Origin: Glycera tridactyla
Lineage: Eukaryota
Direction of reading: 5' to 3'
DNA: 64,000 nucleotides
Assembly: GCA_965644265.1 (NCBI GenBank)
Contig: OZ286460.1
Coordinates: 49,290,001 to 49,354,000 of the forward strand
Below are positions 24,642-40,000 of the stretch, piece after piece. The translations under genes and the position numbers were made by a program. The notes under the pieces were generated by a model, which worked only from the letters and a program-made list of their open reading frames with translations, was not told the origin of the DNA and searched no databases. The number at the start of each line of letters is the position of its first letter. The stretch's first letter is position 1.

Positions 24642-27600
24642 TTATATCACTTATGACTTCATGTTGAATTTGTACAACCTACATTTCTGTCTACTGAAGG
24701 CTGTCTCGTCAAATTGTGGTGGGTACGTTTCCCACCTAGCATCGCAAATTTTCAAAAGATATAAATGAAACATGTTGACCTACATCATTGACATCTCCTG
24801 TGATCAATTATGTGAAGTAAACAAGGTTGTATATTTCACCTTAGAATGCCAAATATGTCGATTTCACGTTCGTTTCATGGAGTTTGCTGTTGCCGCATCT
24901 CCACTGTTTCACATACAAATATTCTCCGATAATGCCGGAGGATCCGTAAAAAAAATCAATGAAATGATGGCGTAATCTTCTTCAAAGGTATGCAGACTAT
25001 CTGAAATCAGGTCTGTTAATTGCTGGAAGATCTATACAATAGGTTTGTGCCATTAAAACTCAGATTAAAAATAGCAAACTTATCGTGTGAAACATCCCCC
25101 GCCATGTTTGGTCCGGCAGAGTTTGGTATTGCATTTGAATATCTCAGCCATACCAACATGACCCGAATATGTTTCTCAATATTCGCTATGTATTGTAAAT
25201 ATGTGTTCAACTCCTTACACATATCATTGAAGTTAATCATAATGAAGATTCAAAGATGTCAGTGAAATGACCCCCAGATCATTATACCTCAAACCATCAG
25301 TACTAGTCATCATCATCAACAATTTATTTTCACAACTTTATTTATAATTTGGCTGAAATTCCCCTTCCTGTAATGATTGCTCATATTCTGAACTGCATTG
25401 AATCAGGAAAAATGATTGAACATACTACATCATGAGATCATGCAAAACCACCATAAAAATTGATTACAAGAAATATGAACTCAGAATTACAATGACTTGG
25501 CTCAGAGACAAGAGACTCTGTACTCTTTCCAAGTCATACATGTAATTCTGGCCACCCAAAAGTCAACTGCATATTTGAAAGCCAATAGCATATTTGAGAA
25601 TGTGTTCAACTAGATTGCACACTACATGAACACAATGCTCTCACATCACCAATTTGCATCTAACAAAAAAGATTAACATTGGCACCTTTGAGTCAAATAT
25701 GTCAATTTCACACAGTTTCTATTGCACAGGTAGCAGCCCAATCATTATGGTTCTATGCACTATCTATCCAATCAGTGTTTGTCACAAAATTAAAGAAACA
25801 TATAACATTTACCATAAGAAAACCACTTATATTCAATAATTTTCTCAGAAAATCTTGCACGATTTGTTCAATCGTGCAACTTCTCTGTCAACTGTTTCTA
25901 AAGCAAATGAATATCTGGGCATGAATCTTGACTCCAAAAGTGTTAAGAACCATAATCAAATATTGATTTCTGATCAATGGGATTCAAGCCATGCAAGATT
26001 CATTGGCAAATCTGAGGAATATCCCGCAAAAGTCTGAAGTATTCTTCAGGTGAAGGACAAAATGTCTTAAACCATGTCATTACAATGCAGAGATCTACAC
26101 TGATGAAAGATAAACATTTCAACTGCCATTTCACTTTGTACAACAGCAGACACATAATCAAGTGTGCCTGCTGATTTGCTTGCATCACTCCACTGTGATG
26201 TCATATGTATGCCCCCATGATACCAGTTTCTGTCACCAGGTGCCACTACTGTTATGTCATATGTATGCCCCCCATGATACCAGTTTCTGTCACCAGGTGC
26301 CACTACTGTTATGTCATATGTATGCCCCCCATGATACCAGTTTCTGTCACCAGGTGCCACTACTGTTATGTCATATGTATGCCCCCAATGATACCAGTTT
26401 CTATCACCAGGTGCCACTACTATTATGTCATAGGTATATCTCCTCAAGGGCCAGTTTCTGTCACCAGGTGCCACTACTGTGATGTCATCTGTATATCTTA
26501 TCTGAGGCCAGTTACAGTCACCAGGTTTCACTACTGTGATCCCCTCTGAGGCCAGTTTCTGTCACCAGGTGCCACTACTGTGATGTCATATGTATATCCC
26601 CTCTGAGGCCAGTTTCTGTCACCAGGTGCCACTACTGTTATGTCATATGTATATCCCCCATGATGCCAGTTACTGTCACCAGGTTTCACTACTGTGATGT
26701 CATATGTATATCCCCTCTAAGGCCAGTTTCTGTCACCAGGTGTCACTACTGTGATGTCATATGTATATCCCCTCTGAGGCATTACAGAGCATTATGTGAC
26801 TGACCTCGGGCTAGAATGGATCCTGCAATCACACTTGGGGAATCTAGCATAAACTCGGGTCACCAGTCAGTTTTCTTAAGAGCCAGGGATAAAATCCTGT
26901 AGCTCTGTTGATCCACAGTAGGACATGGTTCAAGAAGATGAATCTTTGATCTAGAATGAAGTCGGAAACACTATGTGACCTACCTGTCCACGGCGTTCCA
27001 TGAGATGTACACCGATCTGTGAGACTGCTAACCAGAGGGACTTGGGAAGCCTCTCCTCATTAGTTTGCTGTAAAGGTAGACAATTGACAATACAGTAAAA
27101 CCTGCTCGACAGACCACATCTCTATCAAGGCCACCTGCCTATATAAGCCACCCTGAGCTGCAACCAATGGTGGCCTTCATGGACAGGTCTGACCATATCT
27201 CATTTCGCAAAACAGGCAAGCTACAGCAGTTTTCATGTGATACAATTGAAAGGATTGTCCACTGATCAGTCATAAGAGATGGTATTCAAATGTGGCCTGT
27301 AGATGTAGACCAGTTTAGAGTCATTTGAAATATGAAATATCAGGACTTCTCGTTGCTAGCTATGGAATATAGAAAATAGTGGCATAGAAACACATATGGT
27401 AGCATTTTTCTCTTTGATTTACATTCAAAGATGTACAATTATACCATCATAGTAACATGATGACAATGACGAGCACTGCATCAATGGTGACAATGATACT
27501 GACGGACATAATGATAGTGATACATGTAGCATAATTATCCACCAAGCAGCCAGAGGTCCTTCATAACTGGTCTCACCAACCCCAGCAGTAGTCAGAGAGA

Positions 27601-30600
27601 CTGACAAAAGAGTAAATTTGTATAAAAGAATAATATATCAATACAAGAGTATCCTACATGAAAATTCTTCTCTAATTTCCTGTTTCCTTACCAACTACAG
27701 AAAACCAAGACCACCACACACAATTGAGCGTGTCATGTAACAGGACAGTTGGTATACCTGGGATGAATGTGGCTCATCTTTACTCACAAAAATACTTGCT
27801 AATAGACCATATAATGGTCTCATCATGCAAATTGCATCTATTGCAAAACATGTGGTCATGGTATGAATACAGGTATCAGGGTAAAAAGGAGACCTCTGGC
27901 CCAACCAAGGAATATTGGATTGTATTCCATCTATTGTCATACATATAGATATATATATATATCAATATATATACTTTTCTTCCCTGTGATGATAACCATG
28001 TAAAAGCAGCCTTTCAAGGTCATCAGATAGACAGATAGATGGACCAATTGATGGACATACAGAGTGAACAAACTGGGATGACGATGTATACTCACAGTGA
28101 TACTGTAGGAGGTGGCGCCATAGAGGGGCCAGAGTTTGAGCACATCAAGGAAGGCGATATTAGCATCAATGGGGTTGAGACCACCAAGGGTGCGGTGAAC
28201 ATTGGCTATGTCTGATACTCGCATCAAATCCCTGAGATGACGCGGCAGAATTCGCATCACAGAACTGAAACATACAGAGTGTGTATAGTCAAAGATTTTG
28301 TTGGTTTGTTTGGGTTTAATGACCTTTCAATCTTCCTGGGTTACATTAGACTGAAAAAGCTGAAGAAAAGAGGCACACTGCGGGGCAATCCCCTATTCTT
28401 TGCAAAAGATAGCAGTTGTTCTTTTATGATCATACGGGAATAGACTCAGATAAACATTTCTGGTCTTTGATATCATAGTTGACATACACAGAGCAGGGGA
28501 ATGTGCTCATTATAGCCGGGAGCAGTGGCATGTAAATGGGAATTTGCATGAAATACAATTGCCTACAATGGGCAAGCACAATTTTCTGATAGTTCCCTTG
28601 AAAATATACCAGTAACTAGAAATACATTGAAACCAGTTTACATACACCACCACTGGTAATGTGAGAAAATTGGCATTTGTAGACAGGTGGTCTCTGTAGA
28701 TATATTTCCTGTGTAAAAGCTCTCAGCACCATTGTTTTGAATACTCTGCCTGGGTTGAAGAGATGTTTAGCCCATCTCAATCCATCTATCAATCTTAGCA
28801 GCATCCATTTTCTCAATTAAAGCAACCCTCTGCCTCCTTCTCACTGAATTTCACACTTTACAAAATGTCCTTGGTAGTCTGCACAGCAAGATTTGTATAA
28901 CTGATGAGGATTTTTCTGTCAAATTTCTTATCACTTGCATAGGACAAAAATTGGATGGAAACATAAGCAACCAATGCACAGCAAGATTCAGATATCGGAT
29001 TAGGAAGTTTTTCTTTTCAAATTTCAGATAACTAGCGTAGAAGTAAAATCAAATGGAAACATGAACAATGTATCCAAATAATTACGAACACCAGCACCAA
29101 TATTAGTTCAATTAATGACACTAGAAGCTGTACTTACTTGTAATCGATATTGTTTGCATACTTGTAGTCACCAAACTCCGTCTGGGCTCGTAATGCACAA
29201 AGGCGGGTCTAAAAATGGATGAAGTGGCAAGACAAATCATCGAAAATGAACCACACTTGATACAAAAGCTACAATGAAAAAGACTAGTATCCTGAAATCT
29301 CAGATGAGAGAGCCCATATGGGGAGATGGGAAAATGTTGGTGTAAAGGACTCATCAATCATTACAGGGAAATCGATACAAAAAGCCACTTATTTTGTGTT
29401 ACTGTAATTCAAAAGGCAGTAAATTCGTTGGTATAGAGAGCTCATCAATATATCACAGGGAACCTTCCAGGCCAAGTGTGGTCCGAAAATCCCCGATATA
29501 ACATCATATCATGAAATTCGGGTATCGATAAGTAGTCTTTCTAAAAACTTCATCACCTTGAGTGGGATCATGTGATACCTACATACATACACATGTAATA
29601 CTTCATACACAACTTTCATAATTATTCTCATGTCCAAAAAGCAAACATCGAAATAATGATTCTCTTTCGTGCATACATTATTCAAGTTCATCCGGCGGAA
29701 AGTCAACTGCTTAGTTCACACAAGAAAATAAATATTGAATATAAATGAATTCTTGACGGAAATACTTGATATTCAAAGAGTCAAAGACACAAATATGGGA
29801 AACATGACTACAAGCTGTGATTCACTATATGGTTGTAAGTATCATTTATAAGAGACAGCAATTATAATGTGGAGCTTGCAATACGTACTGCATCAGATTT
29901 AGTCAGAAGGATCTTCTCTTCAAACACCTCACAGACGGACTGGTTGTAAAGCATCTCAATCTCGATCGGATCATTCAAATTCATGAATGGTTCAACAAAC
30001 AAACGCTTCTGTAAACAAAGAGCAAGATTCATGAGAAACTCAACTGCATCATTCAAGTATAACAGGGAAGGTATAACATGAAAAAGTCAGCTCGTGAAGA
30101 GTTACTGGCATTCAGGGTGTGAAAGTAGTAAATTAGAGCTTCGCTCACCTCCCCCATACCTCCTATGGCCCATGCTCAGTAAGTTATTGTGTGGCTGGCT
30201 GTTCATGAATGTGCCTTGAACCTCTACCAAGTACCCACCTGTCCTAAGCTGCCACTTTCTTCTTTTCCCCAGAGTGGCAGCTTAGGACAGGCTTGACTGT
30301 ATTTTGCCACATTCCAAAGTGACAAAAAATGGCTCATACATGCATTTGAAATCTACATAAGATGTGGACTTACCTTGAAGGCATACATGAGATCTTTGGG
30401 TGGAGAGGTGAACTGATGGCTCCACTTCTCCCAACGATACAAAGAATCAGCCAGCTTCTCTTTTGGACACAAATAATTATCTGGAAAAGATTACATTTCA
30501 CATTGAAAACCCTTTCCTACATCATTGTCAGATGAAATATCAATAGAAATTCAAGAAATCAAATGATATGCACAGGTTGATATGCCAATTATATTCTCAA

Positions 30601-33600
30601 GCTTGTAAGATGGGAATGAATGTTGATGTTGCAAATGGTAAAGTAAAATACATTACAGTCAGAGCACTAATGGGAACTGGCACTCATACTGGAAATTTCT
30701 GTTCTCACATTGCGACCAGCAGGTAGTAAGGGAAAGAGACAAATAGGATGGAATGATGGATGGACAAATCTTGTCTGGGTCTGAAATTTGAAATGCCTGA
30801 AACCCCAACCTTTCACTGATGACCTGTCAAAGTTTGCCTTGGCTGTCCATACATCTCCCATTGTGCTGGTTGAGTGTGGTATCATCTTTTTCACTTATGA
30901 GAAATATAGAGTGACATAAAGATACAGACACTGACACTGACACTCCCCTCCCCCGCATACATACACCACACAAATGCTCACCAGATCCTGCCCAAATCTC
31001 GAAGATGCCAAATCCCTGTGCATCCAGTCTCATCCCAACTCGACTTTTAACCTGATATACCACCTGAGACAGGGCATAAAACAGACAACAATTTAGTAGA
31101 GATGACCAACAAACAGCAACCCATATAGTTCACCAATAATAAAACTGAAAAGCTCAGATTGGTGTCCTGCACAAAATCATTTTTCATATTCATGCAGTAA
31201 TGGGATGGTCTCTGGGCATCTTATTGTAATTGCATAGAATTCAATAAACAAGAAATTTTGGTTCTGATAATTCATCTATTTTCATGAATGACAATTAAGT
31301 GTTTGTGAGTTCCATTCATAATTCTCAAACTTGAGTACACTAATCACAATCGAACCTGTCTGTAAAAGCCACATGAAAGTGGCCTTTTTAGACAGGTGGC
31401 CCTTAGCGAGAGGTCATTTACAATCGGAATTACTATCACAGTCACAACTCAGAACAGCCTTCATAGGGCCGGTGGCCTTTATAGAGAGGTCATTTAAAGT
31501 TGAAATTACTATCACACTTGCAGCTCAGGCTGGCCTTTATAGACAGGTGGCCTTGGTAGCAAGATCGTCTAAAGTTGGAAATACTACGCCAGTCGCAGAT
31601 CAGGGCGGCCTTCATAGACAGGTGGTCTCTCAAGCAGATTTAACTGTACTCACCTCTTCAGCAGTTCCAGCTGAGTCAAAATCGACCATAATCTGCTGTC
31701 CATCAGGCAACAACATCAATATCGCCATCGGCCTCCTATATGAGGAAAAATAAGGGTGATCGATTGCCTTGAAAGTCACAAAATACCTAGATCATATGTA
31801 GACTGTCATCTTTTTTCTCATGGTATACCTTTATTAGATCCAGCAGTCAGGCATTTACACCATATGGGTTCAGATTTTCCCTCTAGCCTCGGGATATAGA
31901 TCATTCTTGGGTACTTTAAGATGCTGCTATTTAACAGAGTCACTGTTGTTCGTCGATTGTGTATTACAAATGTTCTTCATGAGGCCATATGTAAACTGTT
32001 GCAATCTGAACAGCTGTTGTGATGCTCATTGCTTGGGAAACTATCCTTAATGGTCAGTTCTGATTTGGAATGTACAGTGACTGCATTCATATATGACCTG
32101 CTGGTTTTAGAGTGAGCAAACTCAAATTTACATTTGCGCCATGAGCACTAAACACCCATCATTTGACATCATCTTAGGATCCCTAGAAGTATGATAAAAC
32201 TGGCAAGCAAACACATTAGCTTCAAGTGTCATCTTCATTCTGATTCGAACATCAAAATAAAATTCTGATTTGGAAATAGGCTCAGTATGTACATCATCTA
32301 GTTCGCTGCATAAACATGAGAGAAAAACTGTCTGGCCATATGGTGTTGGCATTTGCTGATTTTCTGATGAAAATTCCCTATTCATCTTCATGTTGTGATG
32401 AATGTAGGTGATCATTTCAAAATCTGGAATGTCTTCCATATTTGCCATGTCGTTTGGAGTATACAGCCAGTCTTTAGTGTCTGATATACCTAATAATCCA
32501 AGACAGTGGTTTTCTGTCCGACATGTCTTGACCATAATAGATTTTTCCCACATATACTTGGTTACGATGTATGTTATGGAAAAGCTCTTTCTCACCCACA
32601 CTCTCCAATGTTGTGAGGTAAAATGTCTGTAAGGTTGTTGAATAGAGTCAAAATGTCCTCAAGCAATATCAAAAGTTCATACCTAGGAAACATCTAAATG
32701 TTATCAGGCATTAGCTTGTCCAGTTGTGACACTGACCTTTTGGTGACACAGACGACCTCCTTGTATGAAGGTGGATGTTGGCGCCCTCTGCTTTCCATTG
32801 TTCGTTGTACGCTCTGGAATGAATTCAAGTATTAGGTTGATGAACAATAGTTTTCAACATGCTAACACTAAACAGTAGTGTGGAATTCTGCCAAATAGAA
32901 AGAATAGAGAAAACTTTCACTAAAGTTCAATGTCACCCAAAGAAATATCTGTGCAGTATACATCCAGTACCAGAGCATGATGCCACTCTCAAAATATGTC
33001 GATAACGCATTTCACTAGCAGCCATGGATGACAAAGGATAATAGCATTTACTTCCAGGAATTTCCACTAGGGTATTTCACTGCATTGTCACAAGGTGGCA
33101 GTTGCAACAAGCTGACTTCCACTTCCTGTTTCTATCACTACCAAAGAAAACTGTCTTTATATAAAATATTATTCCAAAATCTTTTCTCCAATCAATATGA
33201 TATATTCAACATGATCATTCTGATCATCATATTTGAGTAATGAAGTACATACGTTCCATTGTACACCTCATAAGCTTGAACTACAGCTAGTGCGAAATCA
33301 GGTATTTCATCCTCTGATTACTGAGAAATCATTATCATGACTTATGCCAGAAAATTATGAACAAATCTACCAGCAATAAGCCTGTATCACACCAATTTTG
33401 ACCAGTGTCAATGGGATAAGAACTGTGCCTACCTTGAGGCAGAAGACAGCATATTGTCCCTCCTCGGTGTGTTGTTGGAGGGCATAGCGTTTGAGATGGA
33501 GCTGAAGGTAACTCAGAATGAGCTTGTTTGTAGGGAGCATCACACAGGTCGCCATTGTCATTAGATGCCAATAACGGATCACAGCCTTCGAGCCTGGCTC

Positions 33601-33960
33601 TGTAACAAAATAGGTAAATGTTGGTACAGTAAACCCTGGCACCTCGGACAGACCACATTTCAAGGGTAGCTTTTCTATTCGACATGCTGGTAGTCAAAAT
33701 ATGACAACAGACCACTTCTATTGAGAGAATACTTTTTGGTGTCATTTAAGGTGGTCTCTCATTCCAGGTTCCACTGGACCACTGCCCCTGGGAACCAGTC
33801 ATATTGCATGATGAGATTTGTTCAGTTTAACCACTTGATAATATGTAGAGAGATAGAGATAAAGATAGAGATGGTTGGAGAGACAGAGACAGAGACAGTG
33901 AAAGGAGAGAGAGGGAAAGAGAGAGAGAGAGAGTCAGCAAAATAGAGAGAGATAGATAGA

Positions 33961-34046
<86 letters not shown>

Positions 34047-37000
34047 GAGAGGGAGGAAGCAAGAGCCAGCAAAATNNNNNNNNNNNNNNNNNNNNNNNNN
34101 NNNNNNNNNNNNNNNNNNNNNNNNNNNNNNNNNNNNNNNNNNNNNNNNNNNNNNNNNNNNNNNNNNNNNNNNNNNNNNNNNNNNNNNNNNNNNNNNNNNN
34201 NNNNNNNNNNNNNNNNNNNNNNNNNNNNNNNNNNNNNNNNNNNNNNNNNNNNNNNNNNNNNNNNNNNNNNNNNNNNNNNNNNNNNNNNNNNNNNNNNNNN
34301 NNNNNNNNNNGAGTGCAGAGAGAGAGAGAGAGGAGAGAGACAGAGACAGAGGGAGGGGAGGGGAGAGCAATAGGCTATTTACCTGTAGGGTCAGTGGTTT
34401 GCTTGATAAGCTGTAGATAGAACTCATTGCACAGTTCTTCGCCCTCCATACACTTCATGATGAGGGTCTGAACTACTGTGATTAGATCCATGTCTTCTAA
34501 CACAGCTAGAACAAATATATGAAATAAGAACATGTCAGTGTGACACCCACATTATCAATGCTGATGATGCAAGAAACATCAACATCTATTCTAACACTGA
34601 TGAGGACGGAAGAATCATATAGAACAGAGCCAGTGATGAGAAATCCCCCTCATTGAAGCAGCATTTCTAGGAGGCATGCTTCAGTGTATCTCTCCTGAGA
34701 GACCACCTCTGCCAGACAACCTCAGGGTGACAACCAACATGGTTTCGTCATGGATTACACTTTAGGAAAGAGTAGAGATCAATAGAATATTTCACTATTC
34801 AGGAGGTATAAAGACCCCATGGTGGTTGTATCACAGACTTATACAATCAATTTATCATCCATATCAGAAGTGATTATGTTCAACAAGTTGCAGGATTGAT
34901 CATATTATATTTCTCCATTTTTCCTATTGATAAAATTTGAAAGATGGGAAAAATGCTGAAAAAAACATTTCACTCAAACTCTATATCATTGACAGTGGCA
35001 AAATAAAAAACAATTGAAAAAGACAGAATTTAGTGAAACCAAAACTTATTTGTTGATACAAATCTAAATCTCAACTACTAATAACTTAATATCTCTTAAC
35101 TGTATATTTTTTCGCTACCTGTCTATTGTGATTATATGTTCCCCATTCTTTTTCAGAGGAGTGCATGCCAAGGTTTTGAAGGCCTCTTTCCAACTCTTCC
35201 AACATTTTATAATTATTACTAGGGGTCTGGCTCTTAACAAGTTTTTTTTTTTTTTTTTTTTTGGGGGGGGGGGGCTACTTCTGGGACTTCTGAAAAAGGC
35301 AAATTGGAGATTACTTTTGCTGGGGTATACATCTGTTGGTGAAATAAGGGATACCTTATGGGTGAACCAGTAGAGTGAGGCCTGCACACTAAAATTCAGA
35401 GTGGGTAGGCTCAAATGTGGAGCGATCAAAATTCTCCCACTCCAAAACTTTATTTTGTATTCTTGTTTTTTCTTGTTTTTCCTTGACTTAATCTGGACAT
35501 GATCAATGAGTTATATGCCCCTAATAGGGCATGGAAGGGTTAGGAATTCATGCACACACTACATACAAGAGGGCAACATAAGCGACCATCTCCGCGTGTT
35601 ATACACCACACTCTGGTTAAACCCGGGAACAAGAAGCATTTCTCTGCTCACACATCGGCATTACCCATGATGAGTCGCAAAGTACAAATCACATTCATTT
35701 CAATTAAAAACATGGAAATATATATCCCTAAAATAGTTCCTTGGAAATCAAATGTATTCTATTTATTTTTAAAAGCATGTAGGTTGAAAGCTAGGACATC
35801 AGTCCATGTTGTCAAATGCTGTCACTTCAACCAATGTGATTTCCAGAATGTGATAAAAAAATACATGTATACCATCTCAGGGATGACCACCACCCAGTCT
35901 TTAGAGGGAGAAACTCGAATCTTTGGCAAAAATCAATGCAAAATGTCAATTGGACTGATTGAGTTCTGCTTCAAAAGAGAGAGCTCACAATCTATGGTGT
36001 CATACTAAAATGGTACTGATTTTGTCCAAAAGCCTTTCTGACAGAATAATTTATTTTCTGTACAAAATTACATAATCCTGAGGGAGTATCCCAATGAGGA
36101 TGTGATCTCTCAAAACTAGTTTTCAAGTAATAGTGTACTACAACACAAATATGACAAGCACATTCCACCAAATGGATGTGCCAGTTTGTTTCCACACACA
36201 CACCCTCCTTCTCATAGCCTAAAAAACCACCTCCAAACAGACAAATCCCATTATTTCACTGGAATATGAAACTTTTTTTCGCATGGATCATTGTAAAGAA
36301 AATTACTTCCTGGATATCTAATGTTCACCAAACTATTCCAAAATTCACGCTTACATGAGATGGCATGTGCTCACACAAACTAAACATGTACATCAATAAA
36401 AACATTTCATTCCTGTGAAGACAATCCATAATGATAATGCGATGGCCACCCGTTGTAGACATTTTGTAGACTAGTCACACTTCTCGATATGATATGCCAT
36501 CAATAATAATGAAAAACATCACTCTCGCTTCTAGATAGCTGTGATGCAACCACTAAGACCACATCTCTCATCTGCCACTACATGTATGACACTTCAGTGC
36601 TTTCATCATTCTCATGATGGCCAACCCCATGTCAGCAAATATATCACTACAGACATGTGCGCTTTATTGATCAATCTTATGCAGTTTTCTATATCAAGAT
36701 CAACTTGCAGATGCAAGCATTTTCACATGGTGATCTGGTCTGTCCGACTAATGTATCATGGCCACAACTGCTCGTGTATGAGTGGTTGGACAAGGGTTGA
36801 TGGGGGTGGACCAGTGGGTGGTGGACAAAAGTGGCTCCGCCACTCAGTACTCAGTGGTAAGTGGACAGAATAAGTATAATGTACATCAGTGGGCAGTGGA
36901 GAAAATAGGCTACATGCCATGGGGAATTATTCTTGGCATACAGCAATTGGCACCAAGTATGACCTCCGATTAATGAAACAAATCTTAATTCATTGGGATC

Positions 37001-40000
37001 ATAGAAGTGAAAATGCAGATTTGGAAAACAATCAGTATGAGGAATTAGTACAGTAAAACCTGTCTTGGGAGACCGCCCCAAATGCCAACTAAAAGTGGTC
37101 TCTCAAGACAGGTGGTCTTTCATTGGAGGTATATTTAACTATGTCAAATACAGAAGAGCCGATGCAGAGCAGTCTCCCATTAGAGGGTGGTCTCCCAAAA
37201 GAAGGGTCTCCCAAGACAGGTTTCACTAAACAAATATCTAAAACAGATGACAAGAGCTGAGAACATATTCCTGGACTGCTATCCTTTCATCTTTGGCACT
37301 CTTCCTATAGACATTAACAGCAATTGTTGTGCAGTGCCTACTGGTTAGAGTGATATCTAGTGGCAAATATTGGAAATACCCATTCCTCTTTCTTTGCTTG
37401 ATGACTGATACGATAATTTAATCTATATCGATGATATAGATAGGCATGGTCATTCATACTGGTTGAATTTTAACAATCATCAAGTTGGATGCATGGTATT
37501 GATTTCAGAAAAGTACTTGGAATTATATTCCAAATTCACACAGATTTCTATGGCAGTGATAGAAACAGAAGGTGGAAGTCAGCTCACTGCAAGTGCCACC
37601 TCATGTGAATTCACTGAGATACACTGCTGGAAATTTCTTGAACTATATGCTTTTATAACTCATTCTCCAGGCTTCTTTAAATAACATCAGTCTTCAAGGG
37701 AAATTAAATGATTTGAAGTGTTGCATCTTTGATTCATTCAGTGTGTCCATTGTGACCCATGAAAAATGGTATGATGAGCTGGGATTGATGGTAAAATGAA
37801 GATGGCAAGATGCATCTTGATTTACCACAGAGGTGAGTGCTATGATATCAAACTTATCAAAAAATGTTCCTGTTTCTACCCACATTTTTCTTTAATATAA
37901 TTCTGAACACCATCAAAATTCAAAAGCTCCCATCATATTAGATCTTGAAAATATATCAATTATCCAGTGATATCCCTGGAGGTGAGTTCACAGTGGTGAT
38001 ATATGATATAGAAGAATTAGTTTTTGGAGTGAGCTTCCCCATGCTTTGATGGAACTATATGTTGCTGTGGATGGATACATCAGCATGGTAGTGAGTGAGA
38101 AAGGTTCACACGTGCTCGCCATGCATGAGCAGCTCATTTGACCTGATTCTTGGATGCAGTGTGAGTGAACTCGGTGTACTACTCTTGGCACAGACAACCT
38201 GTGAGGAACTGCAATGAAGACGTCATGAGAATTCACCATACAATAGTTCCACGTTCACCCCCACCTTATCAAAATGCACTGCACAAACACTGACGTGTCC
38301 ACATGAGGACTGAATCCAAATTGTATCATTCAATGTGCAGTGAAAGTATATTTCGAGCATGTTATGTGATTCCTCCTTCATCTGACACTTGTGGCTCATT
38401 CTCCTCACCCTTCTTGGCCCGAAATGTGTAGAAGATTGTCATGGGAAAAAGGAAGAATACAGTGGCAAGTGAGACGCACTCCCATCTCTCAATTGTGAAT
38501 GAAAAATCTGTGAAAAAACATTTCATCGCCACATGTACATTTGTGGCTTCTGTGAGTGTTCCATACTTGTACAATATCTCTTACCTCGTGGATGTATAAA
38601 GATATAAATAAAACCTGCAAAAAGTTCCATTTATGATGAATCAAGTGAACCCTTCATCGAAACAATCACCGAGTGAGTCTGGAGATGATTTGCTATCATC
38701 GCAGTATGTCTACAGACCATGGACTGGCTGACTTATAGAAAGGAAGCTCTACAAAACATATGACTCCCAATACACATGTGATCTCACAACATTAATGCCG
38801 CGATCTGAATAGATGTAACTAAGGAACAAGAATCTGCTCTGAAAACCTCTTTATTTTATGCACATGATGAGTACCGAGAAACGGTTTCTCCATACTAATG
38901 TCCACATGACTGCCTGGGAAAAAAGCCTGTCGCTACCCAGAGATGACACTACAATGTCAATTGCCGCAAAACGCTGATGTACCATTTCACAGATCTTGCT
39001 TTTTCTGTTGTGACCCAAGCAATTGTTGCAGATGCAGTAAATGCTCACAGATTTGGCACTAGGAATTGGATAGGAGGGCAACTCTGGTGGGATATATATC
39101 TCCTTTTATGATAATTAACAGTGACGATTGTGTGCTCTGGTTGTGGTATATATCAGTGATGACTGTGTACTCTGGGTGTGGTAGATATCAGTGATGACTG
39201 TGTGCTGTGGGTGTGGTAGATATCAGTGATGAGTGTTCTGTGGTAGTGGCAGATATTAGTGATGACTGTGTGTTCTGGTTGTGGTAGATATCAGTGATGA
39301 CTGTGTACTGTGGGTGTGGTAGATATCAGTGATGACTGTGTGCTGTGGGTGTGGTAGATATCAGTGATGACTGTGTGCTCTGGTTGTGGTAGATATCGGT
39401 GATGACTGTGTGTTCTGGTTGTGGTAGATATCAGTGATGACTGTGTACTCTGGGTGTGGTAGATATCAGTGATGACTGTGTGCTGTGGGTGTGGTAGATA
39501 TCAGTAATGACTGCGTACTCTGGTTGTGGTAGATATCAGTGATGACTGTGTGCTCTGGTTGTGGCAGATATCAGTGATGACTGTGTGCTCTGGTTGTGGT
39601 AGATATCAGTGATGACTGTGTACTCTGGGTGTGGTAGATATCAGTGATGACTGTGTACTCTGGTTGTGGTAGATATCAGTGATGACTGTTTACTCTGGTT
39701 GTGGTAGATATCAGTGATGACTGTGTACTCTGGTTGTGGTAGATATCGGTGATGACTGTGTGCTCTGGTTGTGGTAGATATCAGTGATGACTGTGTGCTC
39801 TGGTTGAGGTAGATATCAGTGATGACTGTGCACTCTGGTTGTGGCAGATATCAGTGATGACTGTGTACTCTGGTTGTGGTAGATATCAGTGATGACTGTT
39901 TACTCTGGGTGTGGCAGATATCAGTGATGACTGTGTGCTCTGGGTGTGGCAGATATCAGTGATGACTGTGTGCTCTGGGTGTGGCAGATATCAGTGATGA

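Noticed and set aside
26067-26549. Repetitive Cys/His-rich ORFs (apparent metal-binding repeats)
   Set aside because: By-product of a 57-bp minisatellite that is open in several frames on both strands; no splice or homology support.
27425-27607. Exon-like segment after the TTTTGTCAG acceptor
   Set aside because: The required phase hits TGA immediately; the real next exon is 27067-26984.
33822-34427. ERERER/LSLSLS ORFs
   Set aside because: (GA)n microsatellite plus N gap; only 34383-34505 is a real exon.
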